Assembly (NCBI GenBank): GCA_016839265.1
Contig: JAEOUO010000004.1
Coordinates: 1 to 32,000, forward strand
DNA: 32,000 bases
Source of the DNA: Candidatus Odinarchaeota archaeon
GTDB lineage: Archaea > Asgardarchaeota > Odinarchaeia > Odinarchaeales > Odinarchaeaceae
Direction of reading: 5' to 3'
The notes below the pieces were generated by a model that saw only the letters and a list, made by a program, of their open reading frames with translations, searched no databases and was not told the origin of the DNA. This document shows, piece by piece, positions 8,819-18,346 of this stretch (position 1 is the stretch's first letter; every line of letters begins with the position of its first letter). The position numbers and the translations under genes are program-made.

Positions 8819-10339
8819 ATGGTTGAGTTAACGGTTAAACTAGTTGATGTAATATGTAACTATAATCAGGTTATATTAAACGATAAAGACGCTAAGAATA
8901 TGAAGGTTACCAGTCGCGATCGCGTTCAAGTTAAATCAATTAATAAATCTTTCACAGCGGTTTTACTGACAACTAAAAGTCTTTTACGTGAGGGAGAGAT
9001 CGGGTTAAACGAGACTCTTATGAGTAATCTTCAGGCTAAAGAAGGTGGAACGGTTGAAGTTACCCCAGCGAAAACACCTCTCTCCCTGTCATTTATTAAG
9101 AAAAAATTAAGCGGAGATTCTTTAAGCCATGCTGAAATGTCTCAGATCGTAGAGGATATTGTTTCTATGACTTTAACACCTGTTGAGATGGCCGCTTTCA
9201 TATTAGCTCAACACTACCAGGATCTGTCTATGGCTGAAGTTGAATATTTGACTAGAGCTATGGCGGAGACCGGTGTCACAATCGACTTCGAGGAGCCTGT
9301 CTACGATAAGCACTCCATTGGCGGTGTTCCGGGTAACAAAGTCTCTCTTCTAATTGTTCCTATAATCGCTTCTATGGGGCTTTTAATACCTAAAACGAGC
9401 AGTAGAGCTATAACCTCTCCTTCAGGAACCGCGGATACATTTGAAGTTTTAGCTCCCGTTAACTTTTCAGTTGAAGAGATTAAATCACTTGTTAAAAAAA
9501 CACGTGGCTGCCTTGTATGGGGGGGAACCCTTAACATTGCACCTGCAGATGATATTTTAATCGAAACCGTGGAGTATCCTTTGAGCATAGATCCGACAAG
9601 TCAGATGTTAGCTTCAATAATGTCTAAGAAATTAGCTATAGGAGTGGATTCTCTTGTATTAGATGTCCCTGTAGGTTTTAACGCTAAAGTTAAAACTAAA
9701 GAGGAGGCGGTTACGCTTTCAAGAAAATTTGTTGAATTAGGTGAAAGATTAAAGATAAGGGTTGAAGTCGGTTTAACATACGGTGATCAACCTGTAGGTC
9801 ACGCTGTCGGGCCGGCTTTAGAGGCGAAGGAGGCTCTTGAAGCTTTAATGGGTGTAGGTGCTTCCACCTCACTTGTAGAGAAATCTACAGCTTTAGCGGG
9901 TATATTATTAGAAATGGCTGGGCTTGCAAGCAGGGGAAGCGGCCAACAGCTCGCTTTAGAGTGTGTCAACAACGGTAAAGCTCTTAAAAAAATGATGGAG
10001 ATTATTGAAAACCAGGGCGGGGACCCTAATATTAAACTAGAAGATATTCCTTTAGGTGAGGAGTCTGAGAATATACTTGCTCCATTCTCCGGTTATATTG
10101 TCGAAGTGGATAATAAAGCTGTTAACGCAATCGCTAGAGCCGCAGGCGCTCCAGAACATAAAGGTGCAGGAGTATACTTATATAAGAAGAGAGGCGGCTA
10201 TGTGAAGAAGGGGGATCCGATTCTGAAAATCTACGCCGAGAAATCTTCTAAGCTCAGTGAAGCTATATCTGTAGCGAATAAATCTAACCCTGTAACTATT
10301 GAGGGGATGCTTCTTAAACATGTATCAGCGTTATACTAG
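8819..10339 (+). CDS. deoA: AMP (NMP) phosphorylase
   Basis: 506 aa with an N-terminal extension; DKHSIGGVPGNK, PKTSSRAITSPSGTAD, SIMSKK, GPALEA; directly after the R15P isomerase. Confidence 0.93.
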   Translation: MVELTVKLVDVICNYNQVILNDKDAKNMKVTSRDRVQVKSINKSFTAVLLTTKSLLREGEIGLNETLMSNLQAKEGGTVEVTPAKTPLSLSFIKKKLSGDSLSHAEMSQIVEDIVSMTLTPVEMAAFILAQHYQDLSMAEVEYLTRAMAETGVTIDFEEPVYDKHSIGGVPGNKVSLLIVPIIASMGLLIPKTSSRAITSPSGTADTFEVLAPVNFSVEEIKSLVKKTRGCLVWGGTLNIAPADDILIETVEYPLSIDPTSQMLASIMSKKLAIGVDSLVLDVPVGFNAKVKTKEEAVTLSRKFVELGERLKIRVEVGLTYGDQPVGHAVGPALEAKEALEALMGVGASTSLVEKSTALAGILLEMAGLASRGSGQQLALECVNNGKALKKMMEIIENQGGDPNIKLEDIPLGEESENILAPFSGYIVEVDNKAVNAIARAAGAPEHKGAGVYLYKKRGGYVKKGDPILKIYAEKSSKLSEAISVANKSNPVTIEGMLLKHVSALY

Positions 10340-10365
10340 AACCTGTTAAACAAGAGTGGTTTAAT

Positions 10366-10737
10366 ATGATTGATTTATTAATCACTGTTTTAGCGATTAT
10401 AACATCCGCGTTGATTTTAACATGTTATTTTCTTATTAAAAAGAATCAGAAATTAACAAGAGAGATTAGAGAAATGGAAACCCAGCAGAAGAGTCTTTCA
10501 ACAGTTTACGGTCGGATAAGCGAGCAATGGTTTCCTTTAATGAAAGAGTACCCTTATAACCCTCAAAACTTCCGTTTCATCGGTTCACCTGTAGACGGAA
10601 TCCAGTTTGAAGAAGATAAAATTATTTTCTGCGAATTTAAAGTACATAAATCACAGCTTAACGAGAATCAGAAAAGAATCCGGGATCTGGTTAAAAATAG
10701 GAAAGTTGACTGGGAGGAATTCCACTTCAATATATAA
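10366..10737 (+). CDS. Membrane-anchored endonuclease related to archaeal Holliday junction resolvase (Endonuc_Holl-like)
   Basis: N-terminal TM helix and short coiled coil, then GRISEQWFP, FRFIGSPVDGIQF and FCEFK (PD-(D/E)xK). Confidence 0.8.
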   Translation: MIDLLITVLAIITSALILTCYFLIKKNQKLTREIREMETQQKSLSTVYGRISEQWFPLMKEYPYNPQNFRFIGSPVDGIQFEEDKIIFCEFKVHKSQLNENQKRIRDLVKNRKVDWEEFHFNI

Positions 10738-10738
10738 T

Positions 10739-11938
10739 CTACTCGAATTCAACAGTCGCAGGCGGTTTCTGTGTTATATCATAGTAGACAGCTGCAATAT
10801 TACCACTCTCAGCTGTTATCTCAGAAGCTAGTTCAGCTAAAACACTAGGCGGAATATCCGCTACAGACGCTGTCATAAAATCTCTGGTAGTGACCGCTCT
10901 AACCGCGATTAAATAATCTCCTGTTCTCTTACCTGATATTAAATATAATATTCTAGTGAATTCAGGGTTTTTAGCTACAAGATTGACGTGTAGTTTAACT
11001 AACTCTCTCACAGGTGGAATGTAAACATCCCTGTTTTTGAAAACTTCTAAAGCGGCTATATGACCATAAGCGCGGACATCTCCTTTAACACCCGTCGCCT
11101 TATTTCTGAGAATTTGAACGTTCACATTTAAACCGTTGACTTGGAGAGCCTCCTCTACTTCCAACCTCATTTTATCTATTTTATCACGCATAACCTCATT
11201 TATATTAGAATTATCAAGAATCGCAGCGAAATACTGTTGTGTATTAAACTGGGAGAGTTTCCCTTCAGTTAACTGTGTGGCTTTCTTTAAAATTCTTATT
11301 TTCTCCTCGTTAAATCTACCTACTAATCTAACCAGCAACCCGGGGCCTGGGAAAGGCTGCCGCTCAGATAAAACTTGAGGGATTTGAAGATACCTAGCTA
11401 CTCTCCTAACCTGATCCTTATAGAGATACATTAAAGGTTCAATAACCTGGAAACCGTATTTTTCAACAGGGTTTATGCCAATTTGTGTTAAAATATTATG
11501 CTGGCTTTTAATACCGCCACGGGTTTCAATCCAATCAGGGGCGATTGTACCTTGAATTAAAAACCTGCAATTCTCTTCTTTAGCTATAGCCCCTAGTATC
11601 TTATAAAATGTTTCCCTGAATGCTTTTCTCTTCTCCTCCGCATCCTCTAAACCTTTAAGCGCGTTATAAAACTGCTCCGCGCCCTCATAAATTCTCATAG
11701 GAAGATTTAAAGGTGGCTTAGATAAAAGCGCTGCAACCCACTGCGGTTCACCTATTCTCATGAAACCTGTATCTATTATTACACAGATTAAATTATCACC
11801 TAAAGCTTTATGAGCTAACACTCCGCAGGTGGTGCTGTCAACACCGCCTGAAACAGCGATTAACGCTTTCTCACCAGCTAAAACTCTTCTAAGCTCTTCA
11901 ATCTGTGTTTTAACAAATTTTTCCTCGTTGAATACCAT
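10739..11938 (-). CDS. guaAB: GMP synthase subunit B (ATP pyrophosphatase subunit), long form
   Basis: SGGVDS PP-loop, QGTIAPD, IKSQHN, RQPFPGPGL, C-terminal KPPATVEFE; no GATase domain. Confidence 0.9.
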   Translation of the reverse strand: MVFNEEKFVKTQIEELRRVLAGEKALIAVSGGVDSTTCGVLAHKALGDNLICVIIDTGFMRIGEPQWVAALLSKPPLNLPMRIYEGAEQFYNALKGLEDAEEKRKAFRETFYKILGAIAKEENCRFLIQGTIAPDWIETRGGIKSQHNILTQIGINPVEKYGFQVIEPLMYLYKDQVRRVARYLQIPQVLSERQPFPGPGLLVRLVGRFNEEKIRILKKATQLTEGKLSQFNTQQYFAAILDNSNINEVMRDKIDKMRLEVEEALQVNGLNVNVQILRNKATGVKGDVRAYGHIAALEVFKNRDVYIPPVRELVKLHVNLVAKNPEFTRILYLISGKRTGDYLIAVRAVTTRDFMTASVADIPPSVLAELASEITAESGNIAAVYYDITQKPPATVEFE

Positions 11939-12053
11939 TAAATATCACGCTACCGGTTGAACTCTTACTTAAATCTAAGTTAAATATTAATATAACACCC
12001 ACCTAAAATAAAATATCCAACTATATATAATATTAACTAGCCGGGTGGAATAG

Positions 12054-13304
12054 TTGAAATTAATGGTTTACGAGCATGCTTCAGGCGGAGGCTACTGTGA
12101 TAGAAAGCTAACACCATCCCTTTTCAGTGAAGGATATGCGATGCTTAACGCGTCTGTTCAGGATTTTCAACGGATTGAAAGCAAAGTTTACACTACACTT
12201 GACTATCGAATCGCGAATTTCACTCCGCCTTTAAACGTTGAGGTGGTTACAATTCTACGGCCACCCCAGAAAATATTAAATGTATTCGATAAAGTCTGTA
12301 AGGAAATAGATCAAATAATGATTATCGCACCGGAGAACGCTGACACGCTTTATAATCTAACTAAAATAGCTGAGAGAAACCAGCTTATCGTTTTAGGCTC
12401 CACTTCTGAAGCTGTGAAGGTTTTATCTAATAAATGGAATGTTAAAAAAATAGCTGAAAACCTCGGCTTAAATGTTCCCCACCTTGAAAAAATATCTTTC
12501 AACGCTTCTCTTAAAGAAGTTAAAGAAATATTAGATAACATCGGTTACCCTGCTGTTTTAAGAAATCTTGACTCAGTCGGCGGTGAAGGTATAATCTCAG
12601 TCACTTCGAAAAGTGATTTAAACACGGCGATTACAACACTTAAATCAACTACAACCCACCATGAGTTTATAGCGCATAAATATATTAAAGGGATTCCAGC
12701 TAGTGTCAGCCTTTTATCTAACGGAGTGACTGCGATTCCTATAAGCTTAAACGCTCAAGCTGTTAACTTCGATCAGCAGACCGGTTTATTAGATTATCTC
12801 GGCGGCTACACTCCGCTTAAATATAAAGTATCTGTGCAAGTTAAGAAAACAGCTTTAAAATTAGTTGAGTACATGTCTGGTGTAAGAGGATACATTGGAG
12901 TCGACTTTGTAATAGATGAATCAGATCAACCGTTCATTCTTGAAGTTAACCCGCGTTTAACCACAAGCTACATAGCTATTCGACGTGTAACGGATATCAA
13001 CTTAATGGAGGCTATACGTAAAGCTGTCGTGGATGGTTCACTGCCTGAAAAAATAAATTTGGAAGGTTCAGCTTTCTTCTCTAAAGTTAGAATTAAAGTA
13101 ACCGGCGGGTTAACAGTAACTAAAATGCATCAACTAGCTCAAATCAGCGGAGTTATCACCCCCCCCTTCCCAACAGGTTTAAACTACTCTGAAGCTATGA
13201 TCGTAGCTGAAGGAGGTACTTTAAGAGAAGCTCAGAATGCTTTCCAATATATGAAAAAAAACTTAGAGTCACTGGGTGAAGTAGCATCTGAGGGTATTAC
13301 ATGA
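12054..13304 (+). CDS. mfnD: ATP-grasp tyramine--L-glutamate ligase (methanofuran biosynthesis)
   Basis: MKLMVYEHASGGG start, IIAPE, GGEG, YLGGYTP, GYIGVDF, EVNPRLTTSY; coupled to mfnF and mfnE. Confidence 0.8.
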   Translation: MKLMVYEHASGGGYCDRKLTPSLFSEGYAMLNASVQDFQRIESKVYTTLDYRIANFTPPLNVEVVTILRPPQKILNVFDKVCKEIDQIMIIAPENADTLYNLTKIAERNQLIVLGSTSEAVKVLSNKWNVKKIAENLGLNVPHLEKISFNASLKEVKEILDNIGYPAVLRNLDSVGGEGIISVTSKSDLNTAITTLKSTTTHHEFIAHKYIKGIPASVSLLSNGVTAIPISLNAQAVNFDQQTGLLDYLGGYTPLKYKVSVQVKKTALKLVEYMSGVRGYIGVDFVIDESDQPFILEVNPRLTTSYIAIRRVTDINLMEAIRKAVVDGSLPEKINLEGSAFFSKVRIKVTGGLTVTKMHQLAQISGVITPPFPTGLNYSEAMIVAEGGTLREAQNAFQYMKKNLESLGEVASEGIT

Positions 13305-14347
13305 CTGTTATCGCTGGCGTTGACGTGGGTGGAGCTAACACTAAAATCTCTATCATAAACTCTGATTATAAAACGCAAAGCGTAAGCTTTTATTTCCCTT
13401 TCTGGAAACGTAAGCTCACTGATTATCCTAAGATTTTCTTAAGTTATTTAAAAAAACTGTCACCTATAAATAGAATAGGTTTTTTCACTATTACGATGAC
13501 CGCTGAACTCTGCGATATATTTAAAACTAAACGTGAAGGGGTTTTAAAAATAATAGAGCTGTTCTCATCTATTCTACCGGTTGACAAACTCTTCTTCTAC
13601 ACTGTTGACGGTAACTATGTTAACGTTTCTAAAGCTGTGCAGAACCCTGTAAAATTAGCCGCCTCTAACTGGGTGGCTACAGGCGCCTTCTTTTCAGAGC
13701 TTCTCCCAGACAGTCTTATCATAGATATGGGCAGTACGACAACTGATTTAATAATAGTGAAAGATAGAGTAGTATACAGTAAAGGTTCTACTGATTTGAA
13801 AAGGCTTTTAAACGGTGAACTCTACTATACTGGGCTTCTTCGAACACCTTTATGCGCTTTAACCAATCGACTCTCCTTCAATAATAAGGAATACAGTTTA
13901 GCCGCTGAATTATTCGCGATCACAGCTGATGTTCATTTAATTTTAGGCAACATCAATCAAAACCAGTATACATGTGACACACCGGATAACGGTGAAAAAA
14001 CAATTGAAGCCTCCTATCGGAGGCTCAGCCGCATGTTATGTTCAGATGTAGAGGAACTTTCAAAACAGGATTTATTTAAAATCGCGAAGGTTTTTGAAAG
14101 AATTCAGTTTAACACGGTTAAGAGAGGCGTAAATAAATTATTAAACACTCATCTTCAGCTTCAAAATAAACCTGTTATCTTGACAGGGATCGGCCGCAAA
14201 TGGCTTTATAAAATGTTTAAAGCCAGCCGGTTAAATTTAAGCTTTAAACTATCAGATGAGTTAATTAAAAAAGATGTCAGCGACTTAACACCCGCTTACG
14301 CTATCGCATACCTGTTTAATAAAAAACTGAGGGATATTGTTGAGTGA
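13301..14347 (+). CDS. mfnF: Hydantoinase/oxoprolinase-family methanofuran core synthase
   Basis: DVGGANTK, YFPFWK, TMTAELCD, AASNWVAT, DMGSTTTD, ELYYTGLLRTP. Confidence 0.85.
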   Translation: MTVIAGVDVGGANTKISIINSDYKTQSVSFYFPFWKRKLTDYPKIFLSYLKKLSPINRIGFFTITMTAELCDIFKTKREGVLKIIELFSSILPVDKLFFYTVDGNYVNVSKAVQNPVKLAASNWVATGAFFSELLPDSLIIDMGSTTTDLIIVKDRVVYSKGSTDLKRLLNGELYYTGLLRTPLCALTNRLSFNNKEYSLAAELFAITADVHLILGNINQNQYTCDTPDNGEKTIEASYRRLSRMLCSDVEELSKQDLFKIAKVFERIQFNTVKRGVNKLLNTHLQLQNKPVILTGIGRKWLYKMFKASRLNLSFKLSDELIKKDVSDLTPAYAIAYLFNKKLRDIVE

Positions 14348-15014
14348 GTTAGACGCGGTTATTAAAATCGGCGGCGAGCTTATATTAGATGAGGAAACAT
14401 GCCGCTCACTGTTAAAAGAGCTTTATAAAAATATTCTTACAGGTAGAAGACTGCTAGTTATCAGCGGTGGCGGTGTGTTAAGCGATCATATACGTGAACT
14501 TTATCGTAAACGTGTTATATCAGATGAAGCTGCTCACTGGATGGCTGTTCTCTCCATGGATCAATCAGCTCACATACTAGCTGAAAAAGATTTAAATATT
14601 AAACTCGTCCGCAATCCTATTGAAGCTGAACAAGCAGCTGAGTCAAGGCATCTCCCGGTTATGTTAGTTTATAATTATCTTAGATTAAACGATAACCTGC
14701 CTCATAATTGGAGTGTAACCTCAGATTCTATTGCAGCCTATATTGCTTTCAAAACTAAGACTCGATTTCTAATACTGGTTAAAAACGTTGACGGGCTCTA
14801 CCCGACCCCTGAAATCAGGGAGGATAATCTTATACCTGCTATTAAAGCATCCTTTCTTAACCCGGATAAACATAAAATAGTAGACAGTTATCTACGTGAA
14901 ATCCTCTGTTTAAAACCGGATTATAAATGCTGGCTTATCAATGCTTACCACCCTGAGCGGTTAACAGAATTACTGAAAACCGGTGTAACCTTTGGAACTG
15001 AGATAATTATTTAA
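14337..15014 (+). CDS. mfnE: [5-(aminomethyl)furan-3-yl]methyl phosphate kinase (amino acid kinase family)
   Basis: IKIGG, GGG, AHWMAVLSMDQ, LPHNWSVTSDSIAA, KNVDG. Confidence 0.82.
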   Translation: MLSELDAVIKIGGELILDEETCRSLLKELYKNILTGRRLLVISGGGVLSDHIRELYRKRVISDEAAHWMAVLSMDQSAHILAEKDLNIKLVRNPIEAEQAAESRHLPVMLVYNYLRLNDNLPHNWSVTSDSIAAYIAFKTKTRFLILVKNVDGLYPTPEIREDNLIPAIKASFLNPDKHKIVDSYLREILCLKPDYKCWLINAYHPERLTELLKTGVTFGTEIII

Positions 15015-15054
15015 TATAGTTTAAATATTTAATTATATCACGCGGTGAGTAAAT

Positions 15055-15564
15055 TTGAATAGACCTAGTAAGGATGAATACTATTTGAATATCGCTAAAG
15101 CTGTCTCAGCCCGCTCCACATGTCTTAGAAGAAAATTCGGAGCTGTAATAGTTAAAGATGATGTTATTGTAAGCACCGGATATAATGGTCCGGCTAGAGG
15201 AGTGGTTAACTGTCAGGAAGTCGGCTGTCTTAAAAACCAGCTTAACATACCCGCCTATACAGGTTACGATTATTGTATAGCAGTGCACGCGGAGGAGAAC
15301 TCTATTATAAACGCAGCGCGTCACGGCGCTGAAGTGAAAGGCGCTACATTATATTTATACGGGGAGACTGTTGAGGATAGTAAAATCACAGAGGCTGATC
15401 CGTGTAAAAGATGCAGGCGAGCTATAATCAATGCGGGTATTATTCGGGTGGTGACTAGGAAAAGCGAAACTGAAATAAAAGAGTTTAATGTTTCAGACTG
15501 GGTTAAAGAGGATACAGAATACTATTTAAACGAGTTTAAAAAAGCACTGAAAAAGAATTGTTAA
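15055..15564 (+). CDS. dCMP deaminase (CDA-fold, Zn-dependent)
   Basis: RSTCLRRKFGAVIV, TGYNG, HAEEN, PCKRC. Confidence 0.88.
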   Translation: MNRPSKDEYYLNIAKAVSARSTCLRRKFGAVIVKDDVIVSTGYNGPARGVVNCQEVGCLKNQLNIPAYTGYDYCIAVHAEENSIINAARHGAEVKGATLYLYGETVEDSKITEADPCKRCRRAIINAGIIRVVTRKSETEIKEFNVSDWVKEDTEYYLNEFKKALKKNC

Positions 15565-16283
15565 TCTAGCATTCTCTTCAAAACTCTTATTCTATCCGCG
15601 CTCACCTTACCGTTAACTCTATCACCGTTCTCACAGACCAAGCTGCGTACACCTAGAATATCGCAGCCTATTTTTTTAACAGTACGCAGATGCGCTAATC
15701 TCACTCCACCTGCAAGCGCTGTTTGAAAACCTTTACTTTTACACTTCTCAGTGAATTCTTCAAGCTCTTCAACACTCATAAAGTCGAAGGTGCTTTTCCC
15801 ATTTTTAATAAAAGTATCTATCATCAATACGCTTACATCTAAGTCTTCAACTAAATCCGGTAAACGCATCGGATTCACGGATCCTATTCTACTCCAATCA
15901 GAGTAACCGGCTGTAACTATTCTACCAGGAAACCCGAATTCTTTTTTAACTTTACACAACATTTTAAGAAACTCTCTAATCGCCTGCTCTGAAACAGGTT
16001 TATATAAGCCGATTTTCGCGTAATCCACACCAAGACTTAAAACACCTAGCAACGCCTGAGTGATTAATCCAGGTTTATCTAAACTATCACACACAGCCGC
16101 GCTGACCTCCATACTAGGAGGCGTTAGCTTCTTCACTTCTCTAATAATCCATGGATATTGACCGCCTAAAGAACCCTCCAACGGGTTTTTAACATCTATA
16201 ATATCAACACCGCTTTCAATAACTGTTTCAGCTTCTTCAACGTTTTTAGGGCTTACTAAAAGCTTCGTGAAGCACCCCTCCAT
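15561..16283 (-). CDS. mfnB: (5-formylfuran-3-yl)methyl phosphate synthase
   Basis: LLVSP..VEEA, DIIDVKNP.EGSLG, DYAKIGL, MIDT..K.G, LAGG, GVRS. Confidence 0.9.
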   Translation of the reverse strand: MEGCFTKLLVSPKNVEEAETVIESGVDIIDVKNPLEGSLGGQYPWIIREVKKLTPPSMEVSAAVCDSLDKPGLITQALLGVLSLGVDYAKIGLYKPVSEQAIREFLKMLCKVKKEFGFPGRIVTAGYSDWSRIGSVNPMRLPDLVEDLDVSVLMIDTFIKNGKSTFDFMSVEELEEFTEKCKSKGFQTALAGGVRLAHLRTVKKIGCDILGVRSLVCENGDRVNGKVSADRIRVLKRMLD

Positions 16284-16309
16284 ATCCGTTAAAACCTGAA
16301 ACTAAAATC

Positions 16310-17248
16310 CTATGATAGAAGAGTTTTATTTATCTCCTCTTTTAACTGTGCATCTAACCTCTCATCCAACGGTTTACTTCTAAGCTCTCTTATAAAACCT
16401 AGTATATAGTTTATCCTCTCATCGAATTTATTCGTGTTCTTCAAATTATATAATAAATCTAAAAGCGCATCATACACACGCTCGTTTACAGCCCCCCCTT
16501 CTAAGGTTTCTCTAAGCTTTTCTAAAGCGTCTTCAACACATGTTACACGTTTCACACCGATATTCTCCAAGTCTTTTCTAATATTATTTTCAATAAGCTT
16601 TAAACCGTAAATGAAACTCTCCTCAGATGATTCGATTACAGCTCTAAGATCTATAACAGTGCTAACTATTTTTTTAACAGCATTCTTTAAGTCACCGGTC
16701 TCAGACTCTCCTATAACGCTTTGTTTTTCTAGAATACTTGTTAAACCCTCCTCTATTTTATTCAATTTCTCTAGAACATTATTTAATTCAGTACCGGTTT
16801 CACCGCCAGGTTTAATAGTTGAAAGCTTCTCGTTAACAGAATCTAATCCCTCTTGAACTGTTTGAGTTAACTGTTCAATATTAGCTTGAAGATTTTCAAG
16901 CCGGTTAACAACTTCATTAAATGTAACACGACTCTCCCCTGTCTCTGAAACATCTCCCTTCACCTCGCTTAATAACTGTTTTAACTCTTCAAAACCTGCT
17001 TTAATATTCTGCTCTAGATTACTTGCTTGAAGCTTACCCACCTCTTCTGTTAAAGCTGTGATAACACTTGTTAACCCTTCAACATCCACTCCAGCTCCAG
17101 CCGCCGGTGTAAGACCCCCAGACTTAAGCTTCTCTATAAGCTCGTCAACCGAAACCTTCAAGCTGCCAACCTGTCTTATAATATAACGGCGACCCTCAAC
17201 CATCTCCTCCATCTTCTTATTTATCTCTTCTAAAACGTTTTGACTCAA
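16310..17248 (-). CDS. Hypothetical segmented coiled-coil protein
   Basis: Long ORF of heptad segments split by G/T/E-rich linkers. TTG 17248 has a GAGGGG SD; the track start is 17266. Confidence 0.75.
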   Translation of the reverse strand: MSQNVLEEINKKMEEMVEGRRYIIRQVGSLKVSVDELIEKLKSGGLTPAAGAGVDVEGLTSVITALTEEVGKLQASNLEQNIKAGFEELKQLLSEVKGDVSETGESRVTFNEVVNRLENLQANIEQLTQTVQEGLDSVNEKLSTIKPGGETGTELNNVLEKLNKIEEGLTSILEKQSVIGESETGDLKNAVKKIVSTVIDLRAVIESSEESFIYGLKLIENNIRKDLENIGVKRVTCVEDALEKLRETLEGGAVNERVYDALLDLLYNLKNTNKFDERINYILGFIRELRSKPLDERLDAQLKEEINKTLLS

Positions 17249-17354
17249 CTCAGCTACCCCTCGCAAATTACTTATCTATAAATTAATGTTTTAGCTTAAT
17301 TAATATTACCTTTAATTTAAATAATACTTTAACTTTAAACTCCGAGGGTTTTCA

Positions 17355-17816
17355 TTGATTATCAGGCGAGCTGATAAATCTGATTTAAATAAAGTATACT
17401 TGATAGAGAAGGATAGCTTCCAGGAGCCTTGGAGTAGAAGATTCTTCGAGTATTTTATAGATTCAGATAACACGGTTTTCCTAATCGCTGTAGAGGAGGA
17501 TGTCCTCGGATACATCATCTGGCAGCTTGAATCAACTAGTAAACTTAAAAATTTTGAAGACTTGAACACCGGGCATCTGCTGAATTTAGCTGTAGGAAGA
17601 GAACACCGGAGGAGGAAAGTCGCCTCCAGCTTACTTGAAAGATTATTCATGGAAATCGATAAATATAAACCGGTGGCTACTTATCTTGAAGTCGCCTGCT
17701 CTAATCAAACTGCTGTGAATCTATACCTTAAATTTAATTTTCAAATTTTATCTTTAATACCGAAATATTATAGATTAGGCGGTGACGCTTACCTTATGGT
17801 TAAAGTCTTGTTTTAA
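17355..17816 (+). CDS. rimI: RimI/Ard1-like N-terminal acetyltransferase (GNAT)
   Basis: IEKDSFQEPW, HLLNLAV..EHRRRKVAS, LEV..SN..A..LY.KF.F, YY..GGDAYLM. Confidence 0.88.
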   Translation: MIIRRADKSDLNKVYLIEKDSFQEPWSRRFFEYFIDSDNTVFLIAVEEDVLGYIIWQLESTSKLKNFEDLNTGHLLNLAVGREHRRRKVASSLLERLFMEIDKYKPVATYLEVACSNQTAVNLYLKFNFQILSLIPKYYRLGGDAYLMVKVLF

Positions 17817-18331
17817 ATTAAACTCTTCAACTCTTTTAAAACCATTTGTTTAACGTTCACCCAGTTACCTCGAGTTAACGTGTAAACTTTCGTATCAGCC
17901 CGCTTTTTCACACTCTCCGTGAAAGCGTTATCGTAGAGCATAATCGAGCCGAAAACTCGACCGGAATCCAAGCTAGCTGTTATAAAATCTCTGAAAACCT
18001 TAGATGATAACTCCATTCTCCCTATTTCATCAACCACTATTAAATCGTAGCCGCCGGTTTTAACCTCCTCCTCTAAAGCTTTCACAACAGTTTCAAGGTT
18101 ATCTAAGAAAACACCGTATTTACCTATGAATACACTGCTCTGCTTATTATCAACTGAAGCTAGCATACTCTCTAAGCCGGAGAATGTTCTAATCTTAAAC
18201 CCTACGCGTCTACCCTGCTTTAAAACCTCTTCTGTTATGAAGCCTACAGTTTTTTTACCGAGCTCTTCAACCACGCTTTTAATCAACGTGGTTTTACCGG
18301 TTCTAGGCGCTCCGGTAACTAGAATATTCAT
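17813..18331 (-). CDS. Nucleoside triphosphatase (THEP1/NTPase_1 family)
   Basis: TGAPRTGKT Walker A, GFITEEV...GRRVGF, GKYGV, VDEIGRME Walker B. Confidence 0.9.
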   Translation of the reverse strand: MNILVTGAPRTGKTTLIKSVVEELGKKTVGFITEEVLKQGRRVGFKIRTFSGLESMLASVDNKQSSVFIGKYGVFLDNLETVVKALEEEVKTGGYDLIVVDEIGRMELSSKVFRDFITASLDSGRVFGSIMLYDNAFTESVKKRADTKVYTLTRGNWVNVKQMVLKELKSLI

Positions 18332-18346
18332 CTCATAAACCCCTTG

